Assembly: GCA_905235505.1 (NCBI GenBank)
Contig: CAJOMJ010000003.1
Location: 104 to 64,103, forward strand
DNA from: Paludibacteraceae bacterium
Lineage (GTDB): Bacteria; Bacteroidota; Bacteroidia; Bacteroidales; Paludibacteraceae
Length of the DNA: 64,000 nucleotides
Reading direction: 5' to 3'
Shown here: piece by piece, positions 7,092-16,185 of the stretch
Numbering within the stretch: position 1 is the stretch's first letter
Layout of the letters: each line of letters opens with the position of its first letter
Program-made: the position numbers and the translations under genes
Notes under the pieces: model-generated
Databases searched by the model: none
Seen by the model: only the letters and a program-made list of their open reading frames with translations
Told to the model about the DNA's origin: nothing

Positions 7092-7117
7092 GTAGAGACG
7101 CAACACCGTCACGTCTC
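7092..7117 (+). repeat. REP-like GTAG-footed palindrome inside the regulator 5' leader
   Basis: gtagagacgcaacaccgtcacgtctc. Confidence 0.8.
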
Positions 7118-7139
7118 CTCAATGTGAGAATTTCAATCT

Positions 7140-8840
7140 ATGAGGTTAAGAATTATACCATATATTATATTCATGCTGCTGACTTGTCATGTGTTGGCAG
7201 CAAGTACTGCCGAGTCACTGCTCAACTGCTTCAACAACAATCCTTCTCAAGAGTCTGCGAACCAATTCTTTCTCTTTCTCGACCAAGAGCAATTCACCGA
7301 CGAACTGATACAAATGCCGTCGGACGCTTCCCGCGACAAACTCTGTAGTACCGTTTGGTATTGGGCTGCCGAGTGGTACTACGACTCACAGGATTTCACG
7401 CAGGCAGAACACTACGCACTGCGCTCTCTGCCTTTGTGCAAATACTGTACAGACAAACAGACCGAGGCCGATTGTGCATCACTTCTCGCACTAATATATG
7501 TACGTCTCGGCGAATTCGACAAAGCCGCCATCTACGCAAAACAATGCAACGAACTTGACATTGAAAGCGGTGACAACGACAATATATCTTCATCCTACAA
7601 TACCCTTGCGGGAATATATATGAGTATGCGGCAAGTGGATGAAGCCGAATTGTATATTCTTAAAGCAATAGAATATGCCCGGAAAGCGGATAACCTACCG
7701 CGGAAAGCTGTCATCTACGGCATGGCTTCGGAAGTGTATCAGCACAAAAACATTCCCGAGAAAACTCTTGATTATGCCACTCGCGCATACAATATAGAAA
7801 AACAATTAGGCAGAAATGAAAAAGCCGCTATCCGTCAGACACAACAAGCAGCAGCACTCACCGTGCTCGAACGATACAAAGAAGCCGAAGACTGCCTGAA
7901 AGAAGCCATACCTGTGATCCAAGCAAGCGGTGATATGCACTCACTTGGCATTGCATACAACCACATGGGAGACCTTATGTATGTACAAGGCAGAAACCAA
8001 GAGGGCGCAAACTACTACTATAAGGCTCTCGACATCTTTACTGCACAGCACGACATCTACAACGAAAGTCATACTCGTAAAGGGCTGAGAGAAACACTCA
8101 GAGGCATCAACCCCGCAGAAGCCCTCCTGCATGGCGACCGCTTCGAACATCTCAGAGACTCCATATACGACCGGGAAACCAACAGAAACCTGTCACATTA
8201 TGCAGCGCAATATGAGAATGATATTCTGCAACAAATAAATGCCCGTCAACGCATCAGATATATCTGGCTCATTGTTATCATCTTGTCACTCTTTGTTATA
8301 CTTGCATTAGCTATATGGTTCTTCTATCGCAATCAGCAATATCGGCAACTTCAGCATTTTAACAATCTACTTATAGAAGCTGAGAAACTGCGCAATCAAA
8401 TGAAAGCAAAAAAGAAGTTAGAGCAGGTGCAGGATACAATCGCACATGCACAAACCGGCGAATTGTCAGATACCGATGCAGAAACTGATGACGTATTGAT
8501 GCTTGCACGCGTAGTGGAATTTGTCAATAACGGCATGTCTGATTCTGAAATAAGTGTAGAACAAATCGCAGAAATGATGAACATGAGTGTGAGCACTTTC
8601 CGCCGACGTATGTTTGCTGCCACAGGCAACACTCCGAAAACATTCATACTCGCCATACAAATGGAAAGAGCTACCGAACTCCTTACGCAACAACCTACGC
8701 TTACTATTGCCGACATCGCAATGCAATGCGGGTTCGCTGAAGCAGGAAGCTTTACACGCACCTTTCACCGCTTTTATGGTGTCACTCCTTCACAATATCG
8801 CGAACAAACTTTAGGAAATAGTGAGAATGACAACAAATGA
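7140..8840 (+). CDS. Membrane-spanning one-component regulator: N-terminal signal/anchor, TPR repeats, one TM helix, coiled coil, C-terminal AraC-type HTH
   Basis: 566 aa. TPR-like repeats (AIYAKQCNELD, LAGIYMSMRQVDEAELYILKAIEYA, etc.), TM helix IWLIVIILSLFVILALAIWFFY, and AraC signature AMQCGFAEAGSFTRTFHRFYGVTPSQYR. Confidence 0.8.
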   Translation: MRLRIIPYIIFMLLTCHVLAASTAESLLNCFNNNPSQESANQFFLFLDQEQFTDELIQMPSDASRDKLCSTVWYWAAEWYYDSQDFTQAEHYALRSLPLCKYCTDKQTEADCASLLALIYVRLGEFDKAAIYAKQCNELDIESGDNDNISSSYNTLAGIYMSMRQVDEAELYILKAIEYARKADNLPRKAVIYGMASEVYQHKNIPEKTLDYATRAYNIEKQLGRNEKAAIRQTQQAAALTVLERYKEAEDCLKEAIPVIQASGDMHSLGIAYNHMGDLMYVQGRNQEGANYYYKALDIFTAQHDIYNESHTRKGLRETLRGINPAEALLHGDRFEHLRDSIYDRETNRNLSHYAAQYENDILQQINARQRIRYIWLIVIILSLFVILALAIWFFYRNQQYRQLQHFNNLLIEAEKLRNQMKAKKKLEQVQDTIAHAQTGELSDTDAETDDVLMLARVVEFVNNGMSDSEISVEQIAEMMNMSVSTFRRRMFAATGNTPKTFILAIQMERATELLTQQPTLTIADIAMQCGFAEAGSFTRTFHRFYGVTPSQYREQTLGNSENDNK

Positions 8841-8892
8841 GACTATCCTTATTTTCATAGTTGAAACATAGTATATTCAAAATCAAAACTAT

Positions 8893-11373
8893 ATGAAAAA
8901 GACATTTATTTCTCTATATCTTTTGATGGTTGTAGTATTACTGCATGCCACCCCGGGCGGAAGAGAAGTCGTCCCCGTCGATACGATAAACGTGCCCAAA
9001 TACATTACTGATTTCCACTTCGATTACGAGACGTTCGACCTGACTTTCTATGACTCTTTCCAGAAGAATCAGCAACTTGACAGAATGTACATAGTGCATC
9101 TGTATCATTTCTATCCTTCAATAGGTTTGTACCATATTTTGCTTGACGGGCATAGCCCACAACGATATGAATATGGCGGGATAAGCATTGAAAATGATGA
9201 TGACTATGAGTTGGTTACGTATCATGCCGAACTGCCTCTCTATCTCGAGCTTAATGCCAATAGCTCGTATGGCGGGAAGCATACCGTTTCCGGCAGCAAG
9301 TTGCGTTCGCAGATATATGAAGCATACAAAAAGTTCGCCTTTTTCTTCTACCCTGAGGAGGAGGGTATACACGTCATTGTGGAACCGCGCTATAAGGACA
9401 AAGTAACAGGGGAATACACCTCATATTATTCCGACAATGAGAACAAACAAAACTGCTGGCTTATAAACGGATTCGACATCTACAAACGCTCTATACTGAC
9501 CGAAGTGCCGCTAAATACCGAATTCTTCGTGGAGTACGGCGGCAAATCATACATCAGCATGTCTGTGCATGCAGATGACGGATTCTACTACACATGGGAG
9601 AGCAGTACCGACAAGAAAAACTGGCAGGTGGTCGATGCAGGGGAGATTCAGACCGCTGAAGCCAAGACCGGACTTAATTTGCATTGCAACTATACCTTCA
9701 ACCGCGATGGTGAGCATCCGCGGTGGTTCCGTCTCTTGAGTGAAACGAGCTCTTTCAATCCTGATTACCCAGGTGCCCATGGTCGTCGTGACACCTCAGA
9801 GGCAATCTATGTCCACTTCCGCTACCCGTTTGAGAGTAGCCGGTTAGGCGATAAACTGTATGATGCAGGCGAGAAGTTCGTGATTGATGCGGGAGACAAA
9901 TGTATGAAGCCCTTCTTTACTGCCAATTTGCCGGTGGTGATGAAGCAGACAGGGGAGAGCTTATATGAAATAACTATGCCCGCATGCAAAGTGAAATGTG
10001 GTTTTTACATCAACAAATATGAAGTCAATTTCATCAATGCAGACGGCAGTGTGCTCAAAACTGAGACATTGCATTGCGGAGAAGACGCCACTCCTCCGGC
10101 TACTCCCACCATGCAGGGAATGACATTTGCCGGCTGGCAAGGCGACTATAAAGATGTCACCTCTGACAGAAACATCTATGCCTCCTACAAGGTGGACGGG
10201 TTTGAACTCACCATGGAACTGGTGTCGCACGAAACGGCAAAAGGCGATGAGTATGCATACGAGATAACCAATGGCGACGGCTTTGCGGGCAGTGCCAATA
10301 TGGCGATGGAGGGGGATGAGATAAGTGTTATGGCATTTGTACAAGCACCCAAGTCAGCCACTGTATTTTTTGAACGTGCCACCTACAACGATCAAGGAGA
10401 AATCATTACGTGGGGTTCGGAGAATGTAGCTACATTGACTGACAGTCAGGCTCAGACCGGCAAGTGGATAAACTATACAGAGCAGATAGGCAGTACATAT
10501 TCCAACAAGAAGAAGACGGCATTCCGTTTCAAAGTGACAGGCTATAGTGTGGCAGCGGCCTACTCTAATGTACTTGAATACGACATCTGGCATCCGCTGA
10601 CAGTGAATGCCGAACGGCCTGTGCAAATAAGCAACAGCCGCTTCACCTTCACCGGTTCTCAGTCGGTGATACCGGTGTATGACTTGGACACACTGCGTAT
10701 TGCTACTTCTGAGGGCAGTACAAACTGCGACTTGACCTTTCATTGTGCAAACCACTTCCAGCAGAAGCCATACTTGCAGGGGAGTGATGACAAAGGCCAA
10801 TATGTCATTTTGTTCGGTATGAAAGAGTCTATGATGGTTGGTGTGAAGAGTTTTTCTGTAAAGTTCATTGCTGATGGTTCAGAATGTTCTCAGACCGTGA
10901 AATGCAGTGAGGCTGCCCAAGCCCCTGAAGCACCGGGGAAAGACGGATACATCTTCCGCGGTTGGAAGAAAACCTATGCGAATAGTGATTATGACGACTA
11001 CGGCTACACATGCGTGACAGAGAATATGTCGTTCACAGCATGGTACGAGCAGAGACCTGATGTGCCGGTTTACGAAGTCACCTTCCTTGATTATGAGGGC
11101 AACATGATAGTGACCCAGCAGGTACCTGAAGGCGGGAACGCCACTTCTCCGCAGATGTTGGTACGTGAAGGATTTATCTTCATCGGCTGGGACGGAGATT
11201 ATTGCAACGTTACAGCCAATCTGACACTAAGACCTGTGTACGTGTTAGACTCCTCAGTAGAGATGGTTGGTGTGGAGCAGAGTGCGGCACGGAAACAAAT
11301 GGTTGGCGGCATTCTGCAGATATTGCTTCCCGACAACCGGGTATATAACGCACAGGGAGAACAAATGAAATAA
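8893..11373 (+). CDS. Secreted surface protein with three Listeria-Bacteroides (InlB B-repeat-like) repeats and a short conserved C-terminal tail
   Basis: 826 aa with a signal peptide. The repeats end in FAGWQGDY..IYASY, FRGWKKTY..FTAWY and FIGWDGDY..LRPVY. The tail is KQMVGGILQILLPDNRVYNAQGEQMK. Confidence 0.7.
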   Translation: MKKTFISLYLLMVVVLLHATPGGREVVPVDTINVPKYITDFHFDYETFDLTFYDSFQKNQQLDRMYIVHLYHFYPSIGLYHILLDGHSPQRYEYGGISIENDDDYELVTYHAELPLYLELNANSSYGGKHTVSGSKLRSQIYEAYKKFAFFFYPEEEGIHVIVEPRYKDKVTGEYTSYYSDNENKQNCWLINGFDIYKRSILTEVPLNTEFFVEYGGKSYISMSVHADDGFYYTWESSTDKKNWQVVDAGEIQTAEAKTGLNLHCNYTFNRDGEHPRWFRLLSETSSFNPDYPGAHGRRDTSEAIYVHFRYPFESSRLGDKLYDAGEKFVIDAGDKCMKPFFTANLPVVMKQTGESLYEITMPACKVKCGFYINKYEVNFINADGSVLKTETLHCGEDATPPATPTMQGMTFAGWQGDYKDVTSDRNIYASYKVDGFELTMELVSHETAKGDEYAYEITNGDGFAGSANMAMEGDEISVMAFVQAPKSATVFFERATYNDQGEIITWGSENVATLTDSQAQTGKWINYTEQIGSTYSNKKKTAFRFKVTGYSVAAAYSNVLEYDIWHPLTVNAERPVQISNSRFTFTGSQSVIPVYDLDTLRIATSEGSTNCDLTFHCANHFQQKPYLQGSDDKGQYVILFGMKESMMVGVKSFSVKFIADGSECSQTVKCSEAAQAPEAPGKDGYIFRGWKKTYANSDYDDYGYTCVTENMSFTAWYEQRPDVPVYEVTFLDYEGNMIVTQQVPEGGNATSPQMLVREGFIFIGWDGDYCNVTANLTLRPVYVLDSSVEMVGVEQSAARKQMVGGILQILLPDNRVYNAQGEQMK

Positions 11374-11393
11374 ACTACGAAACATAATAACTT

Positions 11394-12584
11394 ATGAAGA
11401 AAACATTTTTCCTTATTGCAACTGCTGTAGTAGCATTATTAGCAGGTTGCAGTTCAAAACCTTCTTCTGTAGAGTTGAAGGAGATAAGTCTGAGCAAACA
11501 GAAACTGTCTCTTGAGGTGGGAGAGACAAAACAACTTGTGGTGCTTTATGAGCCGGAAGATGCCGAAGACGGAGCACCTGAAATAGTTTGGGACTCTTCA
11601 AGAGAGAGAGTTGCCAAAGTAAACCAAAACGGTAAGGTGACTGCAGAGTCTGTAGGCAAAACCACAATAACTGCCACATGCGGCAAACTGACAGCTGAGT
11701 GCCAGGTAGAAGTTGTGAAAGCCACCAATCCTGATAACCCGGAGAATCTGGAGAATCCTGAAAATCCCGACCCTGTAGCCTCTTTGTCGCTTAGCAGAAA
11801 CAATATAGATGTTCCTGCAGCAGGAGGTGTGTATAATGTTGACATCACAAGCAACACTATGTGGAGCGCATCGGTTGACGCAGACTGGGTTACTCTGTCG
11901 TCTAACTCAGGTACAGGAAACGGTGACATTGAGGTCACTGTGGCAGCTGCTACTGAAGCGATGATAACTACTACTACCATCACTTTTAACTATGGCACCA
12001 CAGGCAAAGTTACTCTCAGCATCTCCCGTGCACAAAGAGCAGGCAAACCTATTACGCTTGACATTGATAGAAAGAATGTCGCATTGAAAGGCGAATCTTT
12101 CACTATAAATGTAACGAGCGAACTGGAATGGACTGCCAAAAGCAGCGATGAAAAGATGGTCAAATTCTCCAACAAGACGGAGAACTCGATAGATGTTACA
12201 GTGAGTGACAACTCCTCTGCTACCGTACAAGGAACAGACGCAGTGTATCACCCTACTTCCACTATCGTTTTCTCAAACGGTGAATCCACCGCAACTTTCA
12301 GTATCTACCAACAACATCCTTATGTGTACCTGAATGAGTATTGGGGTGTACAAGATAAACCTGCAGCAGGTGGCACCTATTCGGCTAAACTCTATTCCAA
12401 CACCACATGGAGTCTGTTCTTTGAGGGTGACCACTCATGGGCACATATCACTCCTGTGTCAGGCACCGGAGATGCAACACTGAGTCTGGTAATCGACCAG
12501 AACACCACAGGCAAAGCCCGTGAATGTAGAGTAAAACTCTATTCAGGTGACTACGGCTACTTAATCTCTCAAGCCGCTAACTGA
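11394..12584 (+). CDS. Surface lipoprotein with a Big_2 (Ig-like) domain and BACON-like domains
   Basis: 396 aa. Lipobox LLAGCSS, Big_2-like VAKVNQNGKVTAESVGKTTITATCG, NPDNPENLENPENPDP linker, and repeated BACON-like AAGG-Y-x-V/A-x-S/L-x3-W-S segments. Confidence 0.7.
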   Translation: MKKTFFLIATAVVALLAGCSSKPSSVELKEISLSKQKLSLEVGETKQLVVLYEPEDAEDGAPEIVWDSSRERVAKVNQNGKVTAESVGKTTITATCGKLTAECQVEVVKATNPDNPENLENPENPDPVASLSLSRNNIDVPAAGGVYNVDITSNTMWSASVDADWVTLSSNSGTGNGDIEVTVAAATEAMITTTTITFNYGTTGKVTLSISRAQRAGKPITLDIDRKNVALKGESFTINVTSELEWTAKSSDEKMVKFSNKTENSIDVTVSDNSSATVQGTDAVYHPTSTIVFSNGESTATFSIYQQHPYVYLNEYWGVQDKPAAGGTYSAKLYSNTTWSLFFEGDHSWAHITPVSGTGDATLSLVIDQNTTGKARECRVKLYSGDYGYLISQAAN

Positions 12585-12617
12585 TAGAACTAATATACAT
12601 ATAAAACCAATACTACA

Positions 12618-14093
12618 ATGAAACGAATTTTACTTACTTTGGCTATAGCAATAGCCGCTGTGTCCGCTATGTGGGCACTTGATGCAACTGGCAAGCAAGG
12701 CACTTGCAACTGGACTTTCAACAGCACTACCGGCGTGCTTGTTATCAGCAGTGCAGACGATGCACCCTCGTGGGGAGGCGAATTGAAAATCGAGAATCCT
12801 AATTTGTCACCCTTTGCAGGAAAAAGCGAGATTACAGAAGTGTTAATTGAAGAAGGCGTCTCCGAAATAGGCACAGGCGCTTTCATGGGGGACCTCAATC
12901 TAAAGAAAATCACGTTCTCTTCAACTGTTGTCATGATAGGTTTTTCTGCCAACAATGAAGCTGAGGATGAGATGGTGCAGATGCCTTTCTACGGCTGCAC
13001 CGGATTGGAGACACTAATCTTCAAATCAAGCAATGTTCCTGACACTGACAATCGTATTTATGACAGGACGACAGAAGAATTGTACGGCTTCGACCCGTCG
13101 AAGGTCAGTCTTTATCTTAACGACGGAAGCATACGCAGCTTCGTTGAGTCAGGCTGGGGAGTATTCAATATCTATTCGTTGCCTCCTGTTGCAGAAGGCA
13201 CCTTCGGTGATGGATTCAGTTGGAAACTGTCGGGAAACGGCAAACTGACAGTGATGGGCAAAGGTGCAATGCCTGACCTTGAAACTGTTAATGATGAACC
13301 ATGGGCAGAACACATGGAGAACATCAAAGAATTGGTGGTGGCAGAAGGTATAACTCATATTGGTGACAGGTCTTTCGGTCTATGTGCAAATATGGAGTCG
13401 GCTTATCTGCCTGCATCACTCGAGTCGATAGGTGAATATGCGTTTGGCTTGACAAACAAACTGACCGAGATAACCTGCGCTGCAATAAGTGTGCCTACGA
13501 TGGGCGAGGATGCCTTACCTGTAATAGATGATAAAACCTCCCGCTACATCTTTGTGTGGTCGTACATGAAAGACCTTTTCCTAAAGGATGCAGACTGGAG
13601 CAAACATAAGATTTCAGGATTTGGTGCACAGACAGAGTTTCTTGCGTTCACCGACGGAGTGGATGTTGAGCCGCGTAGTGAGAATGCCATTTATGTTACT
13701 TGGCCGCAGGTGGCAGGTGCAACTGCATACGTTATAACCCTGACGTCGGAAGACGGATGGTATTCGTATGAGATTACTATCTCATCCGACGGTAAAACAA
13801 CTTATGTAAAGAAGTCGCTTAGTCCTGCACCTCAATATACATTGGACGAAATTATACATGGTTTCGGTCTGGAGTTTAACGGACTTGAGCCGGGTAAGAA
13901 CTACACTGTGACCGTGGTAGCCAAGGATGAAACCAAAGCTCTCGCTACCTACACAAATACTATCTTAACCATCTCTACCGATATAGAAGATGTCGCTACT
14001 GAAACCGCAGCTCCGCAGAAGTTCATGCGTGACGGACACATACTTATCCGTGTCAACAACCGTATCTACACTCTGCAAGGTGCTCGGAAATAA
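12618..14093 (+). CDS. BspA-type leucine-rich-repeat surface protein with an Fn3-like domain and the conserved C-terminal tail
   Basis: 491 aa with a signal peptide. LRR_5-like units (ITEVLIEEGVSEIGTGAF, IKELVVAEGITHIGDRSF, LPASLESIGEYAF). Fn3-like VTWPQVAGATAYVITL. The tail is KFMRDGHILIRVNNRIYTLQGARK. Confidence 0.7.
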   Translation: MKRILLTLAIAIAAVSAMWALDATGKQGTCNWTFNSTTGVLVISSADDAPSWGGELKIENPNLSPFAGKSEITEVLIEEGVSEIGTGAFMGDLNLKKITFSSTVVMIGFSANNEAEDEMVQMPFYGCTGLETLIFKSSNVPDTDNRIYDRTTEELYGFDPSKVSLYLNDGSIRSFVESGWGVFNIYSLPPVAEGTFGDGFSWKLSGNGKLTVMGKGAMPDLETVNDEPWAEHMENIKELVVAEGITHIGDRSFGLCANMESAYLPASLESIGEYAFGLTNKLTEITCAAISVPTMGEDALPVIDDKTSRYIFVWSYMKDLFLKDADWSKHKISGFGAQTEFLAFTDGVDVEPRSENAIYVTWPQVAGATAYVITLTSEDGWYSYEITISSDGKTTYVKKSLSPAPQYTLDEIIHGFGLEFNGLEPGKNYTVTVVAKDETKALATYTNTILTISTDIEDVATETAAPQKFMRDGHILIRVNNRIYTLQGARK

Positions 14094-14150
14094 AAGACAC
14101 GCTGAGAGACATTTCGTCTGTATCTCTCTGCAATTGCAACCTCAATAACG

Positions 14151-14178
14151 CAAGCAGCCGATATTGGCTGCTTGTTTT
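14151..14178 (+). terminator. Rho-independent terminator closing the surface-protein operon
   Basis: caagcagcc-gatatt-ggctgcttg followed by TTTT. The stem resembles the hairpin at 75-95. Confidence 0.75.
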
Positions 14179-14330
14179 CGTAAACACCCCTCCCCGCAAA
14201 CAACGCAAGCGCCTCATACCTGTGCACAGACATTGGCAAAATCTCTCTACGGTAACAACCTTTATGGTGTCAAAAACTGACATTACAATCTTTTGTCCCC
14301 GATGTTCTTTGCAGTTAGAAAAATTATTGC

Positions 14331-14338
14331 TACCTTTG
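14331..14338 (+). promoter_or_regulatory. -7 box (TAccTTTG) upstream of the phosphosugar mutase gene
   Basis: TAnnTTTG match 51 nt upstream of the ATG at 14389. Confidence 0.55.
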
Positions 14339-14388
14339 CACTCGTAATTCTATACAACCGCTCAATAACTCTTTAACTCCATAATATC

Positions 14389-16176
14389 ATGAACGAAGAA
14401 CTGAAAAAAGTAATGGCTGTCGCTGAGCAATGGACTCGCGAGCCTTTCGACAACGACACACGCGCCCAAGTAGAGGCAATGATCAATGCCGACGATAAAA
14501 CCGAACTCATCGACGCCTTCTATCGTACTCTCGAGTTCGGTACCGGTGGTCTCCGTGGCATAATGGGACCCGGAACCAACCGCATGAACAAATACATCGT
14601 AGCACAAGCCACACAAGGCTATGCTAACTACCTCCTCAAAGTACAACAACAAGGCGGCTTCCAAAACGTACAAGACGGCAGAGTCGCTGTCGTAGTAGGG
14701 CACGACTGCCGCAACAACGGACGGCTGTTCGCAGAGACTGTTGCCAACATCTTCTCCGCCAACGGCATAAAAGTCTATCTCTTCGAGTCTTTGCGCCCTA
14801 CCCCCGAGGTAAGTTTCGCTATCAGGCAACTCAAAGCACAAGGTGGCGTCAATGTCACTGCCAGCCATAACCCCAAAGAATACAACGGCTACAAAGCTTA
14901 CTGGGAAGACGGCTCGCAAGTACTCCAACCCCACGACCAAGGTATCATCGACGAAGTCAACAAAGTAACAATGGCAGACGTCCGCTGGGATGCCGACAAA
15001 GACCTCATTCAGATTATCGGCGGCGAAATGGACTACGACTACATGATGGCTGTCAAATCCGTCATGATTGACCAGGACTCCATCCTGCGGCAGAAAGACC
15101 TCAACATCGTCTATACGCCCATGCACGGCGCAGGACGGCAGATTGTGCCTATGTGTCTCCGCTCGTGGGGCTTCCAAAACATACATGTCGTGCCTGAACA
15201 GATGGTCATCGACGGCAACTTCCCCACTGTTGTCAGCCCCAACCCCGAGAACGCAGAGGCTATGACTATGGGCATCAACCTCGGTACACAACTCGGCGCT
15301 GACCTCGTCATCGCTTCCGACCCCGATGCCGACCGCATCGCTATCGTCTGCCGCAACGACAAAGGAGAGTGGGTCATCATCAACGGTAACCAGACCAACA
15401 TCATGTATCACTACTATATCATCAACAACATGAAGCGCCTCGGCAAAATGCGTGATGATATGTATATAGTCAAAACCATCGTCACCTCCGAACTCATACG
15501 CAAGATTGCCGATGCACAAGGTGTTACACTCACCGATGAATATACCGGCTTCAAGTGGATTGCCAACCGTATCCGTATGTGGGAAGGCAAACGCAAATAC
15601 ATAGGCGGCGGCGAGGAGAGTTTCGGCTTCCTGCCCTACGACGCTGTGCGCGACAAATGCTCGCCCTCCGCTATCTGCCTCATCTGCGAAATAGCAGCCT
15701 ATGCCAAAGACAACGGCATGACACTCTACGACTATCTGCTCAAAATCTATCAGGACTACGGCTTCCAGCGTGAAACCACCATCAATGTCGTACGACCCGG
15801 TAAGACCGGCGCTGAAGAGATTCAGCAGATGATGCATAACTACCGTGAGAACCCGCCTATGGAAATCGCCGGCGAGAAAGTTATACTCACCAAAGACTTC
15901 AAGACACTCAGGCAGTCCGCTCTCAAAGACGGCAAGTGGGTAGAGTCGCCTATCGAAATGCCGCTCAATGCCACTTCCAATGTGCTGCAGTACTTCACCG
16001 AAGGCGGACTCAAAGTCAGCGTGCGACCCTCAGGCACCGAACCCAAAATCAAATTCTATTTCGAGATACCCGTTGCCACCGAACTTGGCAAACCCTTCAC
16101 CGGCAAAGACTATGAAGAGTGCACTGCCAAGGCTGAGGCCAAAGTACCCGCCATCAAGGCTTCGTTAGGACTATAA
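14389..16176 (+). CDS. Phosphoglucomutase / phospho-sugar mutase (PgcA-like)
   Basis: 595 aa. Active-site loop TASHNPKEYNGYK, metal site ASDPDADR, GGEESFG sugar-binding loop. Confidence 0.85.
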   Translation: MNEELKKVMAVAEQWTREPFDNDTRAQVEAMINADDKTELIDAFYRTLEFGTGGLRGIMGPGTNRMNKYIVAQATQGYANYLLKVQQQGGFQNVQDGRVAVVVGHDCRNNGRLFAETVANIFSANGIKVYLFESLRPTPEVSFAIRQLKAQGGVNVTASHNPKEYNGYKAYWEDGSQVLQPHDQGIIDEVNKVTMADVRWDADKDLIQIIGGEMDYDYMMAVKSVMIDQDSILRQKDLNIVYTPMHGAGRQIVPMCLRSWGFQNIHVVPEQMVIDGNFPTVVSPNPENAEAMTMGINLGTQLGADLVIASDPDADRIAIVCRNDKGEWVIINGNQTNIMYHYYIINNMKRLGKMRDDMYIVKTIVTSELIRKIADAQGVTLTDEYTGFKWIANRIRMWEGKRKYIGGGEESFGFLPYDAVRDKCSPSAICLICEIAAYAKDNGMTLYDYLLKIYQDYGFQRETTINVVRPGKTGAEEIQQMMHNYRENPPMEIAGEKVILTKDFKTLRQSALKDGKWVESPIEMPLNATSNVLQYFTEGGLKVSVRPSGTEPKIKFYFEIPVATELGKPFTGKDYEECTAKAEAKVPAIKASLGL

Positions 16177-16185
16177 CAACAACTC

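Noticed and set aside
14362-15837. A 491-aa ORF antisense to the phosphoglucomutase gene. Similar long antisense ORFs occur at 3521-4453, 20460-21293, 22788-23954, 34851-35609, 37047-37823, 39316-40116 and 43305-44279.
   Set aside because: Each lies entirely opposite a gene with clear family motifs. Their translations are low-complexity (rich in D/E/V/G/H or R/S) with no recognisable domains. Long shadow ORFs are expected opposite genes with strong RNY codon bias at about 50% GC.
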